DNA of 64,000 nt from Eledone cirrhosa (lineage: Eukaryota), in the NCBI GenBank assembly GCA_964016885.1, contig OZ024740.1, positions 253,766,001 through 253,830,000 on the forward strand, in the 5' to 3' direction. Each line of letters starts with the position of its first letter. Within the stretch, counting starts at the first letter, position 1. Both the position numbers and the translations under genes were made by a program. A model generated the notes under the pieces. The model worked only from the letters and a program-made list of their open reading frames with translations, did not search any database and was not told the origin of the DNA. This document shows positions 1 to 9,693 of the stretch, piece by piece.

Positions 1-994
1 TTGTTTCCTTTACAACGAACATTTTAAGCTATATTCTTCTATTTGCCAGTTTAAAAATTTACCACGTAAATTTGCCGTTGAAAACCGCGCATTTATTAAG
101 AATGCTTATTTCTCTGGTCGCTGGCCTCTTGACCCTTCCAGGTCAACGCATTCACAACATCAACAACAACAACACAGCTTCATCAACAACCAAAACCAGC
201 AGATCAAGCCAGAGAATTTATTTCTGCAGCACTCTGCCTGTGAGAAATTCCCTTCGGAAGTTGGAAATTTCACGTTATACCACAGACCAGAAACCGCCTG
301 CATTCATTCTCTGGAACACATTCTTTACTGCTGTCATGTGATTGCACACATGTGAACTGTATTTTGGATATTTGAACTTTGACCTCTTCTCTTACTTTTA
401 TATTACATTGTATCATAATTTTCATGCCTCTTACATGCTGGCCATCTTACTCCATGCATGCTTCTTTCGATTTTTCTGTTTTAAAAATCTGGCGGGTGAT
501 AATGTAGCAAGAGTTGCCTCCCTTGTCATGATAATCTCATCACCGCTCTCTAGACAGGAAGTAGCTGGAGTTGCTTCCCTTTGGGATTGACAGACTCCCT
601 GTTGGTCACTTCCGGTCACCCCCTATAAAAGGAACAGGTCACCACGATAACTCTCTCTCGCCTCCTGATTTCCGAAGTGGTAACACCTGCGACCTTAGCA
701 TGAGATTATTCCTTTTTGATAATCCTTCGCCACCAAGAAGAATGCAACATGCAGCCTGAGAGCCTAAGATGTTAACACCAGCTAGAAAAGATCTCTTCTT
801 TTCTATACACACTTCAGTCTGGAGTTGTGACCATCGGGTAACGACTCCTTTATATTTAATACCTTTGACTTCTATGAAGTAAAAACATTATCACAACACA
901 CACCGGTATTTACCTTCTTTTGTAATAATTTTATATGTACACCGATACTAATCTCCTAAAGTCTTCTTATCCGATTTCCTAACGCCGCCTTACA
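1..994 (+). mobile_element. 3' part of a non-coding LTR retroelement (internal region, PPT, 3' LTR 503-994)
   Basis: 24-500 aligns by eye to the internal region at 7381-8064. A purine-rich GGCGGGTGATAA is followed by TGTAGC (503); the LTR probably ends at TACA (994). The first ~140 bp of the LTR match the LTRs at 6207 and 8065. Confidence 0.7.
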
Positions 995-1125
995 TTATAT
1001 TTATAAGGTTCCATAAATTCTCTTTTTATGTGAAATATCATGATTATAGTATGTTTTCTTTTGATTTGAGTTTATATTTTAATGTAGAACATTAATGTAA
1101 TTAAGTATTGTATATATTATTTGTG

Positions 1126-1721
1126 GGCATACATGATTTTTAACGGTCTGAAAAATGAAAGTAAATTTATTTTCATTTTCGAACGTCGTGTTTACATTTT
1201 GTGTGCGTGTTTAGATTTAAATTAGTTACTGAGATTAAAGACAAAACCAGAGCCTCTGTCGTTTTAACTGATTATATATACATATGTGTGTGTGTAGTTG
1301 ACGGTTGAGAGAAGAATATTCAATACCGAAGTAATCTTGTAATGAGGCTTGCAGAATGGTGAGTCCGCCATTCTGGACGCTGCTGCCTTGTAGAAGTCCC
1401 AATCGAAGCTGTGACACTCGTCCCCATCATTCAGCAGGGATTTTGCCAGGCAGCCGCATCATCTCTGATGGTTGGGCTTCCTATTCGGAAATTGAAGGTG
1501 GGGTTTACGTTCATGATGTTGTGGTGCACGAACGGAACTTTGTAGATCCTGCGGACCCTGATGTGCACACACAGCTCATAGAGAACACATGGAGCCGTGC
1601 AAAGAAGAAGCTTCGTCGCCAGCATGTTTCGTTTAAACACGCACACAAAATGTAAACACGACGTTCGAAAATGAAAATAAATTTACTTTCATTATTGCGA
1701 CCGCTAAAAGTCATGTATGCC
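1126..1721 (+). mobile_element. Internally deleted Merlin (IS1595/ISXO2-like) DNA transposon
   Basis: ~90-bp TIRs (GGCATACATGA... / ...TCATGTATGCC). ORF 1356-1655 contains ILPGSRIISDGWASY and H..NFVDP...VHTQLIENTWSRAK, typical DDE_Tnp_IS1595 motifs. No clear TSD. Confidence 0.85.
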
Positions 1722-1799
1722 TTTATTACGAAAAACGACATAAACCATATCAAACCATATAGAGTTTTTCTTTTTATCTTTTTTTTTTGTCTTTTATAA

Positions 1800-1910
1800 G
1801 GGCGGTGGATTGATAAATAGTTAGAGCGTTTGACAAAATGCTTTGCGGCATTTAGTTTCGGGCTTTTATGTTCTGAGTTCAAATCTCGCCGAGGTCAACT
1901 TTGCCTTTCA
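1800..1910 (+). mobile_element. SINE 5' fragment (tRNA-derived head)
   Basis: GAGTTCAAATCTCGCCGAGGTCAACTTTGCCTTTCA is shared with the copies at 17317, 24185, 29284 and 32585; B-box-like GTTCAAAT. Confidence 0.75.
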
Positions 1911-1952
1911 AAAGCAACAGATGAAGGATGCATTACACAGTGTAGTTACTGA

Positions 1953-2180
1953 TAACGCCAGCATCAACAGTTTTCCAAGAGATGGCAACATGAATTGACC
2001 CGTTATTTTTTCCTATTCCGCCCTACTCGTCCCTTCAATCTTTCTAATTTTTCATTCTTTCTTCTGATGAAGGACTAGCGTCCGAAACGTTAAGACTCTC
2101 TGCTTGCTATTTCAAGCGTTAAACTAATATATTCCTTTCATATACTGTACCGATTGTGTTGTTATTTCTGTTTACCTTTT
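1953..2180 (+). mobile_element. Solo Penelope-like pseudo-LTR
   Basis: Homologous to the direct repeats at 17944-18185 and 20450-20675 that flank a PLE RT/GIY-YIG relic. Confidence 0.75.
2060..2095 (+). ncRNA. Minimal type-I hammerhead ribozyme motif
   Basis: tctt-CTGATGA-a-ggac(tagc)gtcc-GAAA-cg-TT-aaga: intact core, stem I tctt/aaga, palindromic stem III (acgt). Confidence 0.75.
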
Positions 2181-2186
2181 ACACAG

Positions 2187-2219
<33 letters not shown>

Positions 2220-2264
2220 GTGACGAAACATAAGTCAATTGCATGAACTCATAATCCTTTATTT

Positions 2265-2320
2265 ACTGCTATATATATTTCGATGATAGCCATTGAATGG
2301 CTATGACCTCATCAGGCAGT
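2265..2320 (-). ncRNA. Type-I hammerhead ribozyme motif
   Basis: Reverse complement reads actgc-CTGATGA-ggtc-atagccatt(c)aatggctat-catc-GAAA-tatata-TA-gcagt. Confidence 0.7.
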
Positions 2321-2627
2321 TAGTCAGTTCTTAGATATGCCAGCTCTGTGTTTATAGTGTTGATGGTATCAGAGCCTTGGGACATATGAGCTTGTTAGGA
2401 ATAATTTAATGTTGTCAGCAGGAATAGTCTTAATTCTCATTGGTCAGTTTGTAGATGCTAGTAGGGTTGGTATTTGACCTCAAAGAGGCAGGTGGTGTTG
2501 TAAAGTTCAAACCGTCAGGCAAGATGACAATAGTTCCATATGACTGATTTTCACAAAAAGCATTCCTGGTCAGATATATATTCAATTAAGGTTAATAGTA
2601 TGAAATAGATACTACAGGTCATTCTTA

Positions 2628-2930
2628 AATTGAGGAATTTATGTGGAGTGGTGCTACTGAAAATTATGGTTAGAGTAGAAAATTTACAAATAAAGAGACT
2701 TATGTAGGTTGGCTTCCACGTACACTCACACCCACCTCCATAGACACACACACATATCCACACATACAAATTGAGGAATTAATGAATTAATGTGGGGTGG
2801 TAATACTTAAAATAATGGTTAGTCAAATACTTAGTTTAGAAAATTTAGAAATAAAAGGCTTATGTTGGTTGACTTGTACATACACTCACACCTGCCCCTT
2901 AGACACACACACATCTACACACACAAATCC
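2628..2930. repeat. Two diverged tandem copies of a 140-160-bp unit
   Basis: AAATTGAGGAATT...TACACTCACACC...AGACACACACACAT occurs at 2628 and again at 2768. Confidence 0.7.
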
Positions 2931-3074
2931 ATACAGGTGTGTATATATATATGTACGCACAAATATATATATATAAAATATATATATATATATATAAAAT
3001 ACATAATATATATATATACATAAAATACATATATATATATAAAATACATATATACATACACACATACATATAAA

Positions 3075-3118
<44 letters not shown>

Positions 3119-3275
3119 TGGATTAAATGCTCTGAAATAGCGATATATATGTGAAGATAGACATAGAATATTCGAAAATATTCTGTATGTTTATAATAAA
3201 CATTTTGAAGACCTAATCGCTATAGAATAGAATACGTCACGTATTACAATTAGATTCTCGATAAAAGCAAGGGAA

Positions 3276-3318
3276 GTAACCTACGCGTTTCATTCTTATT
3301 AGAAATCTTCAGGATTAC
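3276..3318 (-). ncRNA. Hammerhead ribozyme motif (array copy 1)
   Basis: Exact reverse complement of 4229-4271. Confidence 0.8.
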
Positions 3319-3585
3319 ATATCCATTGCTTTTATCGAGAATGACACAGCTAGAGACTTATAGAATACTTAGCTGTGTACAGGAACTGGTTTGAAAGAGC
3401 GGTTGCCGGTCCGGCAGAAATTAGAAATTGGATTAAATGCTCTGAAATAGCGATATATATGTGAAGATAGACATAGAATATTCGAAAATATTCTGTATGT
3501 TTATAATAAACATTTTGAAGACCTAATCGCTATAGAATAGAATACGTCACGTATTACAATTAGATTCTCGATAAAAGCAAGGGAA

Positions 3586-3628
3586 GTAACCTACGCGTTT
3601 CATTCTTATTAGAAATCTTCAGGATTAC
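3586..3628 (-). ncRNA. Hammerhead ribozyme motif (array copy 2)
   Basis: Copy 1 plus 310 bp. Confidence 0.8.
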
Positions 3629-3895
3629 ATATCCATTGCTTTTATCGAGAATGACACAGCTAGAGACTTATAGAATACTTAGCTGTGTACAGGAACTGGT
3701 TTGAAAGAGCGGTTGCCGGTCCGGCAGAAATTAGAAATTGGATTAAATGCTCTGAAATAGCGATATATATGTGAAGATAGACATAGAATATTCGAAAATA
3801 TTCTGTATGTTTATAATAAACATTTTGAAGACCTAATCGCTATAGAATAGAATACGTCACGTATTACAATTAGATTCTCGATAAAAGCAAGGGAA

Positions 3896-3938
3896 GTAAC
3901 CTACGCGTTTCATTCTTATTAGAAATCTTCAGGATTAC
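3896..3938 (-). ncRNA. Hammerhead ribozyme motif (array copy 3)
   Basis: Copy 1 plus 620 bp. Confidence 0.8.
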
Positions 3939-4228
3939 ATATCCATTGCTTTTATCGAGAATGACACAGCTAGAGACTTATAGAATACTTAGCTGTGTAC
4001 AGGAACTGGTTTGAAAGAGCGGTTGCCGGTCCGGCAGAAATTAGAAATTGGATTAAATGCTCTGAAATAGCGATATATATGTGAAGATAGACATAGAATA
4101 TTCGAAAATATTCTGTATGTTTATAATAAACATTTTGAAGACCTAATCGCTTTCAAACCAGTTCCTGTACACAGCTAAGTATTCTATAAGTCTCTAGCTG
4201 TGTCATTCTCGATAAAAGCAATGGATAT

Positions 4229-4271
4229 GTAATCCTGAAGATTTCTAATAAGAATGAAACGCGTAGGTTAC
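4229..4271 (+). ncRNA. Hammerhead ribozyme motif (array copy 4)
   Basis: gtaatc-CTGAAGA-t-ttct(aata)agaa-t-GAAA-cgcg-TA-ggttac; predicted cut after GUA (4265). Stem I is extended by attctcgataaaagcaa/ttgcttttatcgagaat (4205-4293). Confidence 0.8.
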
Positions 4272-4538
4272 TTCCCTTGCTTTTATCGAGAATCTAATTG
4301 TAATACGTGACGTATTCTATTCTATAGCGATTAGGTCTTCAAAATGTTTATTATAAACATACAGAATATTTTCGAATATTCTATGTCTATCTTCACATAT
4401 ATATCGCTATTTCAGAGCATTTAATCCAATTTCTAATTTCTGCCGGACCGGCAACCGCTCTTTCAAACCAGTTCCTGTACACAGCTAAGTATTCTATAAG
4501 TCTCTAGCTGTGTCATTCTCGATAAAAGCAATGGATAT

Positions 4539-4581
4539 GTAATCCTGAAGATTTCTAATAAGAATGAAACGCGTAGGTTAC
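4539..4581 (+). ncRNA. Hammerhead ribozyme motif (array copy 5)
   Basis: Copy 4 plus 310 bp. Confidence 0.8.
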
Positions 4582-4848
4582 TTCCCTTGCTTTTATCGAG
4601 AATCTAATTGTAATACGTGACGTATTCTATTCTATAGCGATTAGGTCTTCAAAATGTTTATTATAAACATACAGAATATTTTCGAATATTCTATGTCTAT
4701 CTTCACATATATATCGCTATTTCAGAGCATTTAATCCAATTTCTAATTTCTGCCGGACCGGCAACCGCTCTTTCAAACCAGTTCCTGTACACAGCTAAGT
4801 ATTCTATAAGTCTCTAGCTGTGTCATTCTCGATAAAAGCAATGGATAT

Positions 4849-4891
4849 GTAATCCTGAAGATTTCTAATAAGAATGAAACGCGTAGGTTAC
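4849..4891 (+). ncRNA. Hammerhead ribozyme motif (array copy 6)
   Basis: Copy 4 plus 620 bp. Confidence 0.8.
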
Positions 4892-5342
4892 TTCCCTTGC
4901 TTTTATCGAGAATCTAATTGTAATACGTGACGTATTCTATTCTATAGCGATTAGGTCTTCAAAATGTTTATTATAAACATACAGAATATTTTCGAATATT
5001 CTATGTCTATCTTTATATATATATATATAAAATACACATATATACACATATAAAATATATATATATATATATATACATATAATATATTTATATATATATA
5101 TATAAAATCAGGTTCAATAAAACGTGGTTTTCATGACTCCTAACCAGTAGAGGATCTGGTGGACCCTCCACAAACTATGGGTGGTTGTTGTTGTCCATTG
5201 GTCATTGGTACGGGGTGTAGGGGACCTACAGAGGGGGGATGCCTTGACCGGGGTTTATCCATATAGCTTGAAGAAAGTTCCCGTCCTTAGGTGTCTGCAG
5301 GCACCGAATAAGTCGGCCCTTCTGTTTAATAGCTTGGTTTCC

Positions 5343-5403
<61 letters not shown>

Positions 5404-5444
5404 TTATTCCGGGTTCAATCGGGGGTAACCACAGTAAGTAAGGT

Positions 5445-5492
5445 ACTCCTGATGATTTCTCACGAATGAAACAGTTCTAGTCCTGTAGAAGC
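5445..5492 (+). ncRNA. Hammerhead-like motif with disrupted stem I
   Basis: CTGATGA-t-ttc(tcac)gaa-t-GAAA-cag(ttctagtc)ctg-TA-gaag; a degenerate relative lies at ~43113-43155. Confidence 0.5.
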
Positions 5493-6206
5493 TTTTCTAT
5501 TCAACAAAGTTAATTTATAACAGATTAGAAGCACTCAAGTTTTCTTCAGGAGTATAATATCAATAATATTAATAAATGGAAACTATCTTTATGAAACCAT
5601 ATTTATTTTATTATATATATTTCAAGGGTACCAGTATTTTAGTACGCTCTCATTAGATAAAATACAAAAATTGGTTTACAGATAGTGACATATCTACATA
5701 CGAACTTAATGTTATGAGTTCTATGTAAATAGTGAATAAAACTTCAAAACTAACAACTTTTATGGAATTGAAAAGGAAGACTATAATAATTTAATACTGA
5801 AAGAACTTAAAAAGAATTATAAAAAAAACTCTAAAGAAGATCTATCAACCTTAAACAAAGAAACTTCCGAAATTATCTACAAATTAGGTATCGAAAATAG
5901 GACTGAACCCTTCATACCAAGACAACCGAAGATAAATATGAAAGACCATAAAAACTCCGTAAACTAATAAAAATTAGAGTTATCTTTTCCTTTGATAAAA
6001 GCATGTTTACATCTAAACTTCACGAGACATTCAAACTTTATGTAAATATTTAAAAAAATTTTTAACTTATTTATAACTATAGAATATACAAAATAATATA
6101 CATCTACACAAAAATATAATTATTTCCACATTCTTAAGCTATATATTGAAAATGCAAACATATCTTCGCTCAACAAATCCTAACTGTTTTCATATATAAA
6201 GGAATC

Positions 6207-8450
6207 CGAAGCAGGAGTTGCCTCCCTTGTTGTGACACTCACATCCCCAATAGAGTAACGCTCTCTAGACGGGAAGTAGTTGGAGTTGCTTCCCGTTGGG
6301 GTGATAGAACCCTTTTTATCACTTCCGGCAGAACCCTATAAAACGAAGAACTTTCAGTTCCCTCTCTCTCATTTGCCCTTCCGGCACCTGGTTTCGCTAG
6401 GCGTCTTCTGCCAGCCACGTTCGTCTGGCAATCAAACGGTAACTAATAACTTTGCTTCATTCTTTCATCTATTTCTTTGACATGTTAACTATACTGTTCT
6501 ATATATATCCGCAAATTGTTTATTAAATATTATACACACAAACCAATCACGTCTCCTTGTTACATTCATACACACAAGTATTCTCGCTATAATTGGTGAC
6601 CCCGACGTGATACGAATACGCAGCCGTTCACTGTTATAAGTGGTGACCCCGAAAAAATAGCAGAATCTGATGTTGTGTGAGTAACATTACGAATACACAG
6701 CAAATTTTATTGACAAACTATGAAAACACTCAGTCAAAGAAACGCACACACGCACATGTGAAATTTTCGTGCAGACACTCTTTTTCCCTCACGCATCTAC
6801 TAACTGTCGCAGTTTGCTGTATATATATATATGTTTCTCCAAGAAACGAACACACCACGCACATGTGAAATTCGCGTTCAGACAGACTTTTTCTCTCACG
6901 CATCAACTAACTGTCGCATTTCACGATATATATATATGTTTCTCGTTTCTTACAACGAACACTTTAAAAACAACCAAAAAAAAAAAAAAGAAATTTGATT
7001 TTTTTTTTTTAAACATTACAACAGGAACATGTATTTTCGATGAACCTCAACCATTGCCTTTTTTTTTCATCGTTTTCTTCATCGTTCAAGTTTTTTTCAA
7101 AAATTCACACCAAAAATTAAAAAAAACAAATTGAACTCGCCATATTTATTATGCTAAGTGAAGCCTTTCTTTCTTTTTCATCATTGTCACTTTCACACAC
7201 ATTTTTTTTAAATGGCTGACAACGACCTGTTGCACTATCATTTTCGCGCCATTTTCTCGCGCATTAGAAATATTATTTTTTCAACTTAACCTTGTATTGG
7301 CACGTGTAGACTGCACGATTCTCGATTCACTGAGATAGCCACACGCCAGAGATAACGTTTCTCGCCAAGGATTCTCCAGCCTTAAGCTATATTCTCCTAT
7401 TTGCCGGTTTAAAAATTTACCACGTGAATTTGCCGTTGAAAACTGCGCATTTATTCAGAATGCTTATTTCTTTGGTCGCTAGCCTCTTGACCCTTCCAGG
7501 TCAACGCATTCTCAACATCGACCATCAACTTCGGCTGTTATTTCTAGCACTTTGCGCAACTAATTTTTTCTGAAAAAATTCTTTTACTGTGAATTTAAAC
7601 ACCGAATACGCTCACTCCGCGAGACAACAGCAACACAGCTTCATCAACAACCAGAACAAGCCAGAGAATTTATTTTTGCAGCACTCTTCCTGTGAGAAAA
7701 TCCATTCGGAGGTTGGAAATTTCACGATATACCACAGAACAGAAACCACCTGCATTCATTCTCTGGAACACACTTCTTTCCTACTGTCATGTGATTGCAC
7801 ACCTGTGAACTATATTTTGTACATTTGAACTTTGAGCTCTTCTCTTACTTTATTACATTGTATCTTTGGGTGATAGATAGATGTCCAGTCGTTCTCTGGC
7901 CAAGAGCGGTTGGCTACCATTGATTTTTGCAAACATTATCATTCATATCTATCATTGATTTTTGCAAACATTCTTTTTTCGTAATTTTCATGCCTGTTAC
8001 AACATTCTCGACAACTTACATATTTCATTCGATTTTTATATTTTAAAATTCTGGCGGGAGGTTATGTAGCAGGAGTTGCCTCCCTTGTTGTGACACTCAC
8101 AACCCCAATAGAGTAACGCTCTCTAGACGTGAAGTAGTTGGAGTTGCTTCCCGTTGGGGTGATAGAATCCTTTTTATCACTTCCGGCAGAACCCTATAAA
8201 ACGAAGAACTTTCAGTTTCCTCTCTCTCATTTGCCCTTCCGGCGCCTGGTTTCGCCAGGCGTCTTCTGCCAGCCACGTTCGTCTGGCAATCAAACGGTAA
8301 CTAATAACTTTGCTTCATTCTTTCATCTATTTCTTTGACATGTTAACTATACTGTTCTATATATATCCACAAATTGTTTATTAAATATTATACACACAAA
8401 CCAATCACGTCTCCTTATTACATATTACACACAAGTATTCTCGCTATAAT
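6207..8450 (+). mobile_element. Non-autonomous LTR retrotransposon (TRIM/LARD-like), 2.24 kb
   Basis: Near-identical ~385-bp LTRs at 6207-6591 and 8065-8448; PBS at 6594; PPT-like GGCGGGAGG at 8053-8061; GGAATC on both flanks (6201-6206, 8451-8456); no coding remnants recognised. Confidence 0.9.
6594..6611 (+). promoter_or_regulatory. Primer-binding site complementary to the tRNA-Trp 3' end
   Basis: TGGTGACCCCGACGTGAT is the reverse complement of the metazoan tRNA-Trp end (AUCACGUCGGGGUCACCA) and lies 2 nt after the 5' LTR. Confidence 0.85.
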
Positions 8451-8955
8451 GGAATCTATATCGAACCATAACTATTTATCTACTAAATAAATAAATTATA
8501 TATTCACCATAACTATTTATATATATATACAATTAATCTCTTATAATATAATAAAATATACTTATAACTACAATCTTCATAGTATTAAAACACACCCGAT
8601 ACACAAAATAAAGTACCAGTAATGTACTGGGTAATTGATGGCCTTGTGCCAAAAGTAGAAACAAGTATTAAAACACACCCGTAGAATACATCCAATCGTA
8701 TATATAAATATAAGCTATCTTTCACATATTGAATTAACAGTTCTCACTACATTAATTTATAATTTACATATTATATTATAAATACTTCCAAATTATATAA
8801 TTAAATAAATAAAAATAAATATAATTATTTCATTCTTTCTACACCCTTGCAAATATGTTTCGGACACTTATATACGTACATTTCTATATATTTTTTTTTC
8901 TTAAAATCTTTTCTTCAATTTTTTCTTCCAATTTAATAGTAACTTCTCTTTCCTT

Positions 8956-9693
8956 GGCGATATCCAATTTTACCGCCCGATTTGCTGCTGATGCTGCTTA
9001 CGTGCTGTAGTTGCTGCTTACTTAGTGGCTTACTGCTTGTTGCTAGCTGCTGCTATTGTTGCTTAACTTGTGCTACTTACCTGCTTCACTGTATGAGGCT
9101 ATTCCAACAAATTTACATTCCCTTTTTTTTAGCCGTTAAAAGAAATATAGATTTATTTATTTGCAATGTTTTTGTTTTTTTTTGCGATTTATTTGCCGTT
9201 TTTGTTTGTTTGTTTTGTTTTTTTGGGGCGATTTATTTGCCACTAGGGCATTAGGCGGGGGAAGTTTTTACAAAAATCAAGTACAAACATTTAACGAGTG
9301 ATTAAAAAGGAATATAAAAAATTAAGTCCTCAATAGATAGACAGCCTTTTGGGGTCACACACACCCCCGTAGAAAGTGTGCGACCTTTCTGCCAGGGAGC
9401 ACAGAGAGAGGGGGTGCTCCCTTCTTCTCTTACCTGTACAAGCCGATATAGGCAAATAAAGAAATCTATGCCCCAGTGGCAAATAAATCACAAAAAAAAA
9501 AAAAAACCCAAGAAACTAACAAAAACGTTGCAAATAAATAAATCTATATTTCTTTTAACGGCTAAAAAAAAGGGAATGTAAATTTGTTGGAATAGCCTCA
9601 TACAGTGAAGCAGGTAAGTAGCACAAGTTAAGCAACAACTACAGCACGTAAGCAGCATCAGCAGCAATTCGGGCGGTAAAATTGGATATCGCC
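8956..9693. mobile_element. MITE with long TIRs and 8-bp TSD (Merlin-like ends)
   Basis: GGCGATATCCAATTTTACCGCCCGA... / ...TCGGGCGGTAAAATTGGATATCGCC; arms 8956-9252 and 9468-9693; TSD CTTTCCTT at 8948-8955 and 9694-9701. Confidence 0.9.

Larger units (their letters stand above)
3115..5013. mobile_element. Retrozyme-like array: 310-bp HHR-containing monomer, ~3.3 copies plus ~2.8 inverted copies, inside (TA)n
   Basis: Unit starts at 3115, 3425, 3735 and 4045; inversion junction at 4150-4151; inverted units at 4151, 4461 and 4771. No ORF; one HHR per unit. Confidence 0.85.

Noticed and set aside
3115-5013. Plain satellite DNA, or a foldback DNA transposon with long TIRs
   Set aside because: The arms end at different phases of the unit and there is no TSD beyond (TA)n. 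Each unit carries an HHR and a covarying relative exists. An assembly artefact is not fully excluded.
6594-6620. tRNA-Trp gene on the - strand
   Set aside because: Only the 3' ~18-24 nt, including CCA, match and they sit next to an LTR, so this is a PBS.
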